Shown piece after piece: positions 40,819-49,157 of a DNA stretch of 64,000 bases (positions are counted from its first letter, which is position 1; each line of letters begins with the position of its first letter). This DNA comes from Deltaproteobacteria bacterium (GTDB lineage Bacteria; Desulfobacterota; Syntrophia; Syntrophales; Smithellaceae), in contig JAKLGV010000002.1 of assembly GCA_022710585.1 (NCBI GenBank), positions 182,659 through 246,658 on the forward strand, read 5' to 3'. Made by a program: the position numbers and the translations under genes. The notes below the pieces were generated by a model, which did not search any database, was not told the origin of the DNA, and saw only the letters and a program-made list of their open reading frames with translations.

Positions 40819-41940
40819 CTACCTTGCCCCGTGGAGCAGTTCGTCTCCCAGTTTCGCCTGTTTATCCCGCAGCGTTTTTTCCTGAAGAGCACCCAGGACG
40901 TTGATGTCTGTTTGAAGAACGTTATAGCGCTCTCTGGTCTTAATTTCCCATTTCGAGATGGCGGCAGTTATTTTTGCCTGAAAACCGGCGGCCAGCTCCT
41001 TGAAGGTTACAATCAACGGTAAGGCCGCGTTATCATTGTCGTCCATTTTTTTGGCTGCCTCGCGGACGATGGCGCGCATCGTTTCCAGAAGGGAATCCAG
41101 CGCGCCCACCTCGCTTTGCAGCACCCTGTCTTTGTGAATATTGCGCCGGTCGCTTTCCACGATCAAATCCATCAGCTCCGCGCCCATGCCGCCGGCTACC
41201 GCGCCCATCAGAACGATATTTTCCGCATCGCTGAAGGGCAGGACGATGTTCGGGTAAGCCGTATCCTTTTCGCCCAGCATGGCTGAAGCCGGCACGCGGC
41301 AATCATTTAACTTAATTCCGCCATGCAGAGCCGGTTTGAGAAAATCGAACTTCAACCGCAGTTTGATCACCACCCCGTCATCTTTGTCTGACACGAGAAA
41401 CGCGCTGAATTTCTTTTGCTGTTCTGCTTCACCGGTTATCGCGATGACGATGAACAGGCCGGCAATCGGCGCGTTGGTCAGATAGGTTTTCTCTCCATTG
41501 AGAATGTAGTGATTTCCTTCGGAAACGGCCGTGGACGTCAGTAACTTGGGGCGCGCGCCATGCTTGGGTTCGGAAACGGCAAAGGATGCAATCAGTTTTC
41601 CTTCCGCCATCAGCGGAAGATACTGGCGACGCTGTTTGTCATTGCCGTAAACGGAAATGACACGATTGGCGATAATCTGCTGATAAAGCCAGGCCAGTGC
41701 GATCCCCATGTTGTAGCCGCTGCGTACGAAAACTTCTCCCGCTCCGGCCAATTGGGTCAGACCGCCGCCGCTGCCTCCATATTGCGGTGCGATTCCGATT
41801 TTAAAAAATCCCGCCTCTCCCATTTTCTGCCAAATATCATGGGGAAATTCCTGTATGGTTTGTAAATCGGTACGGGAAGTGACATGCTCAATGGCAAAAC
41901 GGGAAATCCAACTGTACGATTGTTCCGGTGTTGTAGTCAT
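40819..41940 (-). CDS. Acyl-CoA dehydrogenase family protein (divergent C-terminus)
   Basis: FAVSEPKHG and TYLTNAP match the ACAD N-terminal and middle domains. I see no YEGT-type catalytic-base motif near the C-terminus. The start codon abuts the upstream VWA gene's stop with a 0-nt gap. Confidence 0.7.
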   Translation of the reverse strand: MTTTPEQSYSWISRFAIEHVTSRTDLQTIQEFPHDIWQKMGEAGFFKIGIAPQYGGSGGGLTQLAGAGEVFVRSGYNMGIALAWLYQQIIANRVISVYGNDKQRRQYLPLMAEGKLIASFAVSEPKHGARPKLLTSTAVSEGNHYILNGEKTYLTNAPIAGLFIVIAITGEAEQQKKFSAFLVSDKDDGVVIKLRLKFDFLKPALHGGIKLNDCRVPASAMLGEKDTAYPNIVLPFSDAENIVLMGAVAGGMGAELMDLIVESDRRNIHKDRVLQSEVGALDSLLETMRAIVREAAKKMDDNDNAALPLIVTFKELAAGFQAKITAAISKWEIKTRERYNVLQTDINVLGALQEKTLRDKQAKLGDELLHGAR

Positions 41941-43320
41941 TTATAAAACCAGCTCCTCGATGAATGTAAATAATTGGTTGACGTTGCGACACTGGCGTAC
42001 CTCGTGGCAGTGCGGCATGAAAGATCTGATTTCGCTGTCGCCCGAACCCCAGAGATTTTCCTGCTCGGGATTCAGCCAGATAACGCGGCGGCAGCGTTCG
42101 CGCATCTGCCCGAGAATGGCGTCTTCGGGATTCATATAATTGGTGCGTCCGTCGCCGACGATAATCAGCGTCGTTTTTTTGGTTAAAAGTTCCAGGTAAT
42201 CTTTTTTAAAATTACGAAGGGTTTCGCCATAATCGGTGGAAGCGTTAAAGTTGATATCCGGACTTGCCAGAACCAGACGAATCGCCTCGTTGATTTCATT
42301 TTCTTCAAAGACAGGCGTCACTTCCTGAAGATGATCAATAAAGACAAAACTGTTTACCTTGTCGAAACAATCCTGCAGAGAGTACAGCAGATTCAGCATG
42401 AACCGCGCCGCCGCCCAGACGGAACCGGACACATCGCACAGAGTGACAATGCGGCTTTTCCGCTTTGCGCGATGCCGATATTTTATTTCCACAGGCACGC
42501 CGTTGTATTTCGCCGACGCGCGCAGCGTTTTTTTAACGTCAATGCTTCCCCGATTGCGGACGGCATAGCGGCGGCTGACGATATTTTTCAGCTTGCGCAC
42601 CAGTTTATCAATGGCGTCGCGCATTTCCTCGATTTCTTCGCGGGTAAAAGAAGAGAATGATTTTTCGCCCAGCCCTCTCATTCGTTGCTCTTCCGTTTTT
42701 GTTTTTCTGGTGCCGGTTTCCAACTGATTGGGTTCATAGACGAGCATGGTTCGGGCTGTATTGACGCGTTCTTCGAAATGATCGGCAAGCTCCCGTGCGG
42801 CCACTGAATCGGTTTTGGCGTAATGTTCTTCCACCAGCGCCTGTGCGGCAGATGCGGCTCTGTTGATTTGCAGCATGATATTGAGCCGGTCGCTCAGCGG
42901 TCCCAAATTAAAGCGCAGCATGGCCTGCTCTTCCTCTGTTTGAATCCGCCGCATTTCCCTGAGCAGCTCCATCGGATTTCCCTGCAAAAAATCTACGACC
43001 GCGTCAAATATCGAATTGTCGTGAGGGATCCGTTTCAGCGTTTCTACAGCCTGTTTGATCTGATCGGAATAAGAAGCCGCCTGTCGGATATCGGCTGTCT
43101 CTACGCGCATCTCGTGAAAGAAAAGATGATAGAGACGGTCAAAATGCTGAACGTCGCGCATGCTTTTGGCAAAATTGGAACGGAGCAGCGAGCGGAATTG
43201 CTGCTCATCGGTCGGATCAATCAGTTTCATCTGGTTGAGGCTGTCGAGCACTTCCGAAGTGGATACCCGCATTCCCGCCGCCCGACAGCAGGAAACAAAT
43301 TGTTGAATCAGCTTAACCAT
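41941..43320 (-). CDS. VWA domain protein, CoxE-like
   Basis: The N-terminus FVSCCRAAGMRVSTSEVLDSL resembles CoxE. The C-terminal VWA domain carries a MIDAS-like CDVSGS motif. Confidence 0.75.
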   Translation of the reverse strand: MVKLIQQFVSCCRAAGMRVSTSEVLDSLNQMKLIDPTDEQQFRSLLRSNFAKSMRDVQHFDRLYHLFFHEMRVETADIRQAASYSDQIKQAVETLKRIPHDNSIFDAVVDFLQGNPMELLREMRRIQTEEEQAMLRFNLGPLSDRLNIMLQINRAASAAQALVEEHYAKTDSVAARELADHFEERVNTARTMLVYEPNQLETGTRKTKTEEQRMRGLGEKSFSSFTREEIEEMRDAIDKLVRKLKNIVSRRYAVRNRGSIDVKKTLRASAKYNGVPVEIKYRHRAKRKSRIVTLCDVSGSVWAAARFMLNLLYSLQDCFDKVNSFVFIDHLQEVTPVFEENEINEAIRLVLASPDINFNASTDYGETLRNFKKDYLELLTKKTTLIIVGDGRTNYMNPEDAILGQMRERCRRVIWLNPEQENLWGSGDSEIRSFMPHCHEVRQCRNVNQLFTFIEELVL

Positions 43321-43329
43321 ACATTATTG

Positions 43330-44238
43330 TTACTGCAAAACCCGATTGATATTCTTGCGGACTTTTTCCATGTCCGCCTGATACTTGCAAATAATGTTGA
43401 GTGTTTCCGAAACAACTTCAGGTGTCAGTTCGTTGATTTGCAGAGCAATCAGCGACTGCGCCCAGTCAATCGTTTCCGAAATACTCGGATTTTTTTTCAA
43501 ATCCAGCTTGCGAATTTTGCGGATTGCGTCCACCAGAGCGTCGCAGAGTTTTTCTTCGATACCCGGAATCTTCAACCGCACAATGGAAATTTCCGTATCC
43601 CGCGCCGGATAATCAATGTAGAGATGAACGCAGCGGCGTTTCAGCGCGTCGCTCATATCGCGGTAGTTGTTGGATGTCAGCAGCACAAAGGGAATCTGAA
43701 TAGCCTTGCGGGTGCCCAGTTCCGGAATGGAAACCTGAAAATCACTTAAGATTTCCAGAAGAAATGCCTCAAATTCCGGATCGGCCTTGTCCACTTCATC
43801 CACGAGAAGCACGACAGGTTTTTCAGAACTGATCGCCTGCAGCAGCGGCCGATGCTGAATGAAACGGTCGGAGAAAAAGGCGTCTTCCTGCGCGGCGATC
43901 TGATCGACCGCCTGCGTCAGCGTTGCGGCAGAAGAAATGATGTCGTTGAGCCTGTCCTTGACCATCTGAGTGTAAAGAAGCTGCTTGGCGTATTCCCATT
44001 CATAAAGCGCCTTGGCTTCGTCCAAGCCTTCATAGCATTGTAAACGGATCAGTTCTCTGTCCAGAGAGCGGGCAATGGCCTTGGCCAGTTCCGTTTTGCC
44101 GACACCGGCCGGTCCCTCAACCAGAACCGGTTTCTGTGTCGCCGCCGCCAGAAACACAACCGTGGCAATTTCCCGCGAGGGGATATATCCGGCATCCGTC
44201 AGCTTGGCTTGAACATCATCGACATTTTTATATTCCAT
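43330..44238 (-). CDS. MoxR-family AAA+ ATPase (CoxD-like)
   Basis: Walker A VLVEGPAGVGKT and Walker B VVLLVDEVDKA are present. Alternative upstream start at 44298. Confidence 0.85.
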   Translation of the reverse strand: MEYKNVDDVQAKLTDAGYIPSREIATVVFLAAATQKPVLVEGPAGVGKTELAKAIARSLDRELIRLQCYEGLDEAKALYEWEYAKQLLYTQMVKDRLNDIISSAATLTQAVDQIAAQEDAFFSDRFIQHRPLLQAISSEKPVVLLVDEVDKADPEFEAFLLEILSDFQVSIPELGTRKAIQIPFVLLTSNNYRDMSDALKRRCVHLYIDYPARDTEISIVRLKIPGIEEKLCDALVDAIRKIRKLDLKKNPSISETIDWAQSLIALQINELTPEVVSETLNIICKYQADMEKVRKNINRVLQ

Positions 44239-44405
44239 AAGTAAATAAGTTCCTTTTCTTGTTGCGCGAAGCATAGGTGATTTAGAAGGGTATGTCAATC
44301 AGGAACAGGATAGTAAATATTGTGAAATATTATTTTACGCGTAAGATGAAATGCTTTAATTTCAGCAGGAACCATGAACGATAAGATAAAGAATGGATAA
44401 TTCCA

Positions 44406-44434
44406 TTGACATAACGTAAGGATATCCGTATAGT
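44406..44434 (+). promoter_or_regulatory. Putative sigma-70-like promoter of the defence island (TTGACA-17 nt-TATAGT)
   Basis: TTGACA lies at 44406-44411 and TATAGT at 44429-44434. It sits in a 230-nt AT-rich gap, about 94 nt upstream of the res ATG. Confidence 0.45.
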
Positions 44435-44527
44435 TCTTGCCGTTTAAAAAGCGCACAATTTAAATCTGTATCTTCTTAATACATTCTTGATAATAAATTG
44501 CAACTCGTGGGGAGAAGGCAGCTCAAC

Positions 44528-47500
44528 ATGGAAAACCGCTTTTTTGAAAAACCGATTCTGAATTCACCATATAAATATCCTTCGAGGCACTGGGAACTTG
44601 ATGAACAAGGCCAACCGACGCAGCAGATTATAGAAAAGCGCCGTCGTGCTGAATATATCACGCCAATTCCCAAACCTAAAAAACGGAAATCAACAGTCGC
44701 ACAACAGGATATTATTTTTGATGAAGGCAAGGGACTTTCAACGGCAAAACAGCAGTATGATCCTACGCCGGTCATTAATAATTTACGCTACTACGTAGAT
44801 AAATGGCGCAGTATCCCTAATCCCAGCGATTGGAAAGTGACGCCGGAAACAGCGCGACTGTTGCAACACTGGCGACACCATCAGTTTAACGCTTATCGTC
44901 CATTCTTTTGCCAGGTCGAGGCAATCGAAACAGTTATCTGGTTAACCGAAGTTGCACCCAATGAAAAGGCCGGCAAAGAATTTCTCGAACACTTAGCAAA
45001 CGCAAACAATTACGCCAATCCTGATTTGTCACGTCTGGCGCTTAAACTGGCTACTGGCGCCGGTAAGACCACGGTGATGGCTATGTTAATCGCGTGGCAG
45101 ACCATTAATGCCGTGCGTCATCCCAATAGCAAGAAATTTACCCGTGGATTTCTGGTAGTCACTCCGGGCATCACTATTAAAGACCGGTTACGAGTGCTCC
45201 AGCCTAATGATCCGGATAGCTATTACAAAAATCGGGAACTGGTGCCCAATGATATGATGCGCGAACTTGAACGCGCCAAAATTGTCATCACCAATTACCA
45301 TGCTTTTAAACAGCGTGATCTGTTGGAATTATCCAAGGGTGGTCGCGCGCTACTTCAGGGAAGAGGCGGAGAGGAACTGAAGACACTTGAGACAGAAGGC
45401 CAGATGCTTCAGCGCGTCATGCCGGAACTGATGGGTATGAAAAATGTCATGATTATGAATGACGAGGCACACCACTGCTACCGCGAAAAACCTGACCACG
45501 GTGAAGATGAAGAATTAAAAGGTGACGATAAAAAAGAAGCGGAAAGCAACAATGAAGCCGCGCGACTCTGGATTAACGGCATCGAGACCGTAACCCGGAA
45601 AATCGGCGTGAATCAGGTGATGGATTTATCGGCAACTCCGTTTTTTCTGCGCGGTTCCGGTTATGCCGAAGGCACATTATTTCCCTGGACGATGTGCGAC
45701 TTTTCACTGATGGATGCCATCGAATGCGGCATCGTCAAGCTTCCCCGTGTTCCCGTGGCCGATAATATTCCTGGCGCTGAAGTTCCCATGTTTCGCAATC
45801 TCTGGGAGCACATCCGCAAAGACATGCCCAGAAAGGGACGTGGCAAGGCAACCGGACTTGATCCGCTGAAATTGCCCACACGTTTACAGACAGCATTGGA
45901 AGCGCTTTATGGCCACTACGAAAAAACGTTCAATCTTTGGAAAGAAAACCGCATGCAGTTGCCGCCATGTTTTATTGTGGTTTGCAACAATACATCAACA
46001 TCAAAACTGGTCTATGACTACATTGCCGGTTTTGAATATCCCGAGAAAGAAGATGGCGTCACGCCGCCGCCATTTCAGGGTAAATTCAAACTATTTTCCA
46101 ACTATGATGAATATGGCAATCCATTGGCCAGACCAAGAACGCTTTTGATTGACAGCGAGCAACTGGAATCAGGCGATGCCCTGGATGACAATTTCCGCTC
46201 CATGGCGGCCACAGAGATTGAACGTTTCCGCCGGGAAATCATTGAACGCACCGGCGACCGCAGCCAGGCTGACAAACTGACCGATCAGGATTTACTGCGC
46301 GAAGTCATGAACACCGTCGGCAAAAAAGATCGTCTTGGCGAATCGATTCGCTGTGTCGTGTCGGTATCCATGCTGACGGAAGGATGGGATGCCAACACGG
46401 TCACCCACGTCCTGGGTGTGCGCGCCTTTGGTACACAGCTTTTATGCGAACAGGTCATTGGCCGCTCTTTGCGTCGTCAATCCTATGAACTAAATGATGA
46501 CGGTCTGTTTAATGTTGAATATGCCGATGTGTTGGGCATTCCCTTTGACTTTACCGCCAAGCCAGTGGTGGCGCCGCCGCAGCCGCCACGTGAAACCGTT
46601 CGCGTCAAAGCGGTCCGCCCGGAACGCGATCATCTGGAAATCCGATTTCCCCGTGTCGCCGGTTATCGTGTTGAGCTTCCTGAAGAAAAATTGACAGCAT
46701 CGTTTACCAAAGACTCCGAACTGGATTTGACGCCTGATCTAGTTGGCCCGACCAACACACGCAATCAAGGCATAATCGGCGAAGGTGTGGATTTAAATCT
46801 CATTCATACCGGAGACCTGCGTCACTCGACGCTTGTCTTTCATCTGACCAAGCGGCTGATTTACACCAAATATCGTGATCCCGGCGAGGAACCGAGACTG
46901 CATTTGTTCGGACAACTAAAACGCATTACGAAAGACTGGCTGGATCAATGCCTGATTTGCAAAGGAGGCACATATCCGGCGCAGCTTATGTATCAGGAAC
47001 TTGCCGATATGGCCTGCGAAAGGATCACCGCTGCCATTATGAGTTCACTTGAAGGTACTCATCCCATTGTGGCCGTTCTTGATTCCTACAATCCAACGGG
47101 TTCCACCATACACGTAAATTTCAATACATCCAGAACCGACCGATGGGAAACAGACGCCCGGCGCTGTCACATCAACTGGGTGATTCTGGATAGCGACTGG
47201 GAAGCGGAATTCTGCCGTGTGGCGGAAGCGCATCCGAAAGTTAAATCTTACGTTAAAAATCATAACCTTGGTTTGGAAGTGCCTTATCGCTACGGCTCAG
47301 AAACACGCATTTATCTTCCCGACTTTATCGTCCAGATTGATGATGGCCACGGTGAGAAAGACTTGCTCAATCTCATTGTGGAAATCAAAGGTTATCGCCG
47401 GGAGGATGCCAAAGACAAGAAATCAACCATGGAGACCTATTGGATACCCGGTGTGAACAATAATGGCCAGTTTGGCCGCTGGGCCTTTGCCGAATTTACA

Positions 47501-47593
47501 GAAGTCTATCAAATCGAGTCCGATTTCAAGGCAAAAGTCGAAAAAGCGTTTGATAATATGATTGGTAAATTCATTTCTAACTCTAAGGGTTAA
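44528..47593 (+). CDS. res: Type III-like restriction enzyme Res subunit (SF2 DEAH helicase + C-terminal PD-(D/E)xK nuclease)
   Basis: MENRFFEKPILNSPYKYPSRHWELDEQGQPT N-terminus. Motif I is KLATGAGKTTVMA, motif II is MNDEAHHCY, and motif VI is TEGWDANTVTHVLGVRAF..QVIGRSLRR. The nuclease-like segment is YLPDF...VEIKG. GGAGAAGG lies upstream. Confidence 0.85.
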   Translation: MENRFFEKPILNSPYKYPSRHWELDEQGQPTQQIIEKRRRAEYITPIPKPKKRKSTVAQQDIIFDEGKGLSTAKQQYDPTPVINNLRYYVDKWRSIPNPSDWKVTPETARLLQHWRHHQFNAYRPFFCQVEAIETVIWLTEVAPNEKAGKEFLEHLANANNYANPDLSRLALKLATGAGKTTVMAMLIAWQTINAVRHPNSKKFTRGFLVVTPGITIKDRLRVLQPNDPDSYYKNRELVPNDMMRELERAKIVITNYHAFKQRDLLELSKGGRALLQGRGGEELKTLETEGQMLQRVMPELMGMKNVMIMNDEAHHCYREKPDHGEDEELKGDDKKEAESNNEAARLWINGIETVTRKIGVNQVMDLSATPFFLRGSGYAEGTLFPWTMCDFSLMDAIECGIVKLPRVPVADNIPGAEVPMFRNLWEHIRKDMPRKGRGKATGLDPLKLPTRLQTALEALYGHYEKTFNLWKENRMQLPPCFIVVCNNTSTSKLVYDYIAGFEYPEKEDGVTPPPFQGKFKLFSNYDEYGNPLARPRTLLIDSEQLESGDALDDNFRSMAATEIERFRREIIERTGDRSQADKLTDQDLLREVMNTVGKKDRLGESIRCVVSVSMLTEGWDANTVTHVLGVRAFGTQLLCEQVIGRSLRRQSYELNDDGLFNVEYADVLGIPFDFTAKPVVAPPQPPRETVRVKAVRPERDHLEIRFPRVAGYRVELPEEKLTASFTKDSELDLTPDLVGPTNTRNQGIIGEGVDLNLIHTGDLRHSTLVFHLTKRLIYTKYRDPGEEPRLHLFGQLKRITKDWLDQCLICKGGTYPAQLMYQELADMACERITAAIMSSLEGTHPIVAVLDSYNPTGSTIHVNFNTSRTDRWETDARRCHINWVILDSDWEAEFCRVAEAHPKVKSYVKNHNLGLEVPYRYGSETRIYLPDFIVQIDDGHGEKDLLNLIVEIKGYRREDAKDKKSTMETYWIPGVNNNGQFGRWAFAEFTEVYQIESDFKAKVEKAFDNMIGKFISNSKG

Positions 47594-47594
47594 T

Positions 47595-49130
47595 ATGACT
47601 TCTACAAGAATAAAAATATTTATCAGCAGCGTTCAAAAAGAATTTACGCAGGAACGCAAATCTCTTCGTGACTTCCTTCGAGGTGATGCGCTCTTACGTC
47701 GGTTCTTCGATGTTTTTCTTTTTGAGGAGGTGCCGGCCAAAGATCAACGGGCAGATGAATTATATCTTGATGAAGTTGAAAAATCCTCCATCTATATCGG
47801 AATACTTGGCAATGAATATGGTATGCCAGTTAAAGGCGGGTTGTCAGCAACCCATATGGAATTTTTACATGCAACGGAACGCCGAAAACATCGACTTGTT
47901 TTTGTCAAAGGTGCGGACGATTCCGCCCGCGAGCCGGCAATGAAAAATCTAGTCAAAGAAGCATCATCCCAGCTAATACGCCGCCGCTTTTCAACAACGG
48001 CTGAATTGATTGCCGGTGTTTATGGTAGCTTAGTAGATTATCTGGATGACAATGGTCTATTGCGTTCGGGACCATTTGACGCTTCCATTTGCGAAGATGC
48101 CGATTTGAAGGATATATCTGCCTCTAAAGTAAAGTGGTTTCTCGAAATGGCGCGCGAATCGCGGGATTTTCCACTGAATGCCGGAACCGCTGTCAAGACG
48201 GTACTCTCACATTTACGCCTTGTCAAAAATAACAGACCTACCAATGCGGCGATCCTTCTTTTCGGTAATGAACCTCAGCGTTTTATTTACTCTTCTGAAG
48301 TGAAGTGCGCACATTTTCACGGCACGCAGGTTCAAAAACCCATTCCTTTTTATCAGGTATATAAAGGCAATCTTTTTGATTTGGTTGATCAGGCGGTCAA
48401 TTTCGTCTTGTCCAAAATTGATCTTGCCGTAGGAACCCGCGCCGAAAGTATTCAGGCACCGGTTGCTTATGAAATCCCGAAGGAAGTAATTAGTGAATCT
48501 ATTGTCAACGCTATAGCACATCGCGATTATACCAGTGCTGCCAGTGTTCAGGTCATGCTCTTTTCCGACCGTCTGGAAGTCTGGAATCCGGGCGAGCTAC
48601 CTTCATCACTTTCTCTAAAGTCTTTATTAAAACCGCACGGTTCATATCCTAGAAATCCTCTGATTGCAGAACCTCTTTATCTGACAAAGTATATTGAGCG
48701 CATGGGCACCGGTATAAGAGACATGGTAGACCGATGTCGTGATGCAGGATTGACTGAGCCATCATTTAAACTCACCGATGGCTTTGTGGCAACAATTTAC
48801 CGCAAACCGGGTGTAGCTTTAGAAACTGTCAGCAAGGCATCGGGAATAATTACTCAAGCAGAATCGGCGGACCAGGTTGGGACTAAGTCGGGACTAAGTC
48901 GGGACCAGGTGGAAATACTCCGTAAGTGCCTGAAAGATCAAGCCGTTGCCGACCTAATGGCGATTATTGGAAGAACAAATAGGACCAAGTTCAGGGACCA
49001 GGTACTCAATCCTCTGATTGAAAAGGATCTCATTACTATGACCATTCCCGATAAACCGACAAGCAGCAAACAGAAATACCGGTTGACCGGCAAAGGTCGC
49101 AATTTCATCGAAAAACTGGCAAAGAAATAA
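47595..49130 (+). CDS. DUF4062 N-terminal domain fused to a COG2865-type HATPase_c_4 module and C-terminal wHTH-like region
   Basis: The ATG is 1 nt after the res stop. IKIFISSVQKEF..ER...SSIYIGILGNEYG matches the DUF4062 pattern. PTNAAILLFG...SIVNAIAHRDY...DRLEVWNPG...RNPLIA...IERMGTGIRD matches the module often annotated as RecG-like or as a Schlafen-related transcriptional regulator. Confidence 0.7.
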   Translation: MTSTRIKIFISSVQKEFTQERKSLRDFLRGDALLRRFFDVFLFEEVPAKDQRADELYLDEVEKSSIYIGILGNEYGMPVKGGLSATHMEFLHATERRKHRLVFVKGADDSAREPAMKNLVKEASSQLIRRRFSTTAELIAGVYGSLVDYLDDNGLLRSGPFDASICEDADLKDISASKVKWFLEMARESRDFPLNAGTAVKTVLSHLRLVKNNRPTNAAILLFGNEPQRFIYSSEVKCAHFHGTQVQKPIPFYQVYKGNLFDLVDQAVNFVLSKIDLAVGTRAESIQAPVAYEIPKEVISESIVNAIAHRDYTSAASVQVMLFSDRLEVWNPGELPSSLSLKSLLKPHGSYPRNPLIAEPLYLTKYIERMGTGIRDMVDRCRDAGLTEPSFKLTDGFVATIYRKPGVALETVSKASGIITQAESADQVGTKSGLSRDQVEILRKCLKDQAVADLMAIIGRTNRTKFRDQVLNPLIEKDLITMTIPDKPTSSKQKYRLTGKGRNFIEKLAKK

Positions 49131-49157
49131 GAAGAGCAAAAACTGAAAGGTAATCAG

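Noticed and set aside
42823-43749. 308-aa plus-strand ORF
   Set aside because: It runs antisense across the VWA and MoxR genes, both supported by clear motifs. It is a shadow ORF.
44498-44527. Longer N-terminal extensions offered by the ORF track (44498, 47562, 55084, 21688, 25556, 36915, 2612, 5786)
   Set aside because: In each case an internal ATG reproduces the family-typical N-terminus. Most of these also have a better RBS or directly follow the upstream stop codon. The extensions overlap upstream genes or add non-conserved residues.
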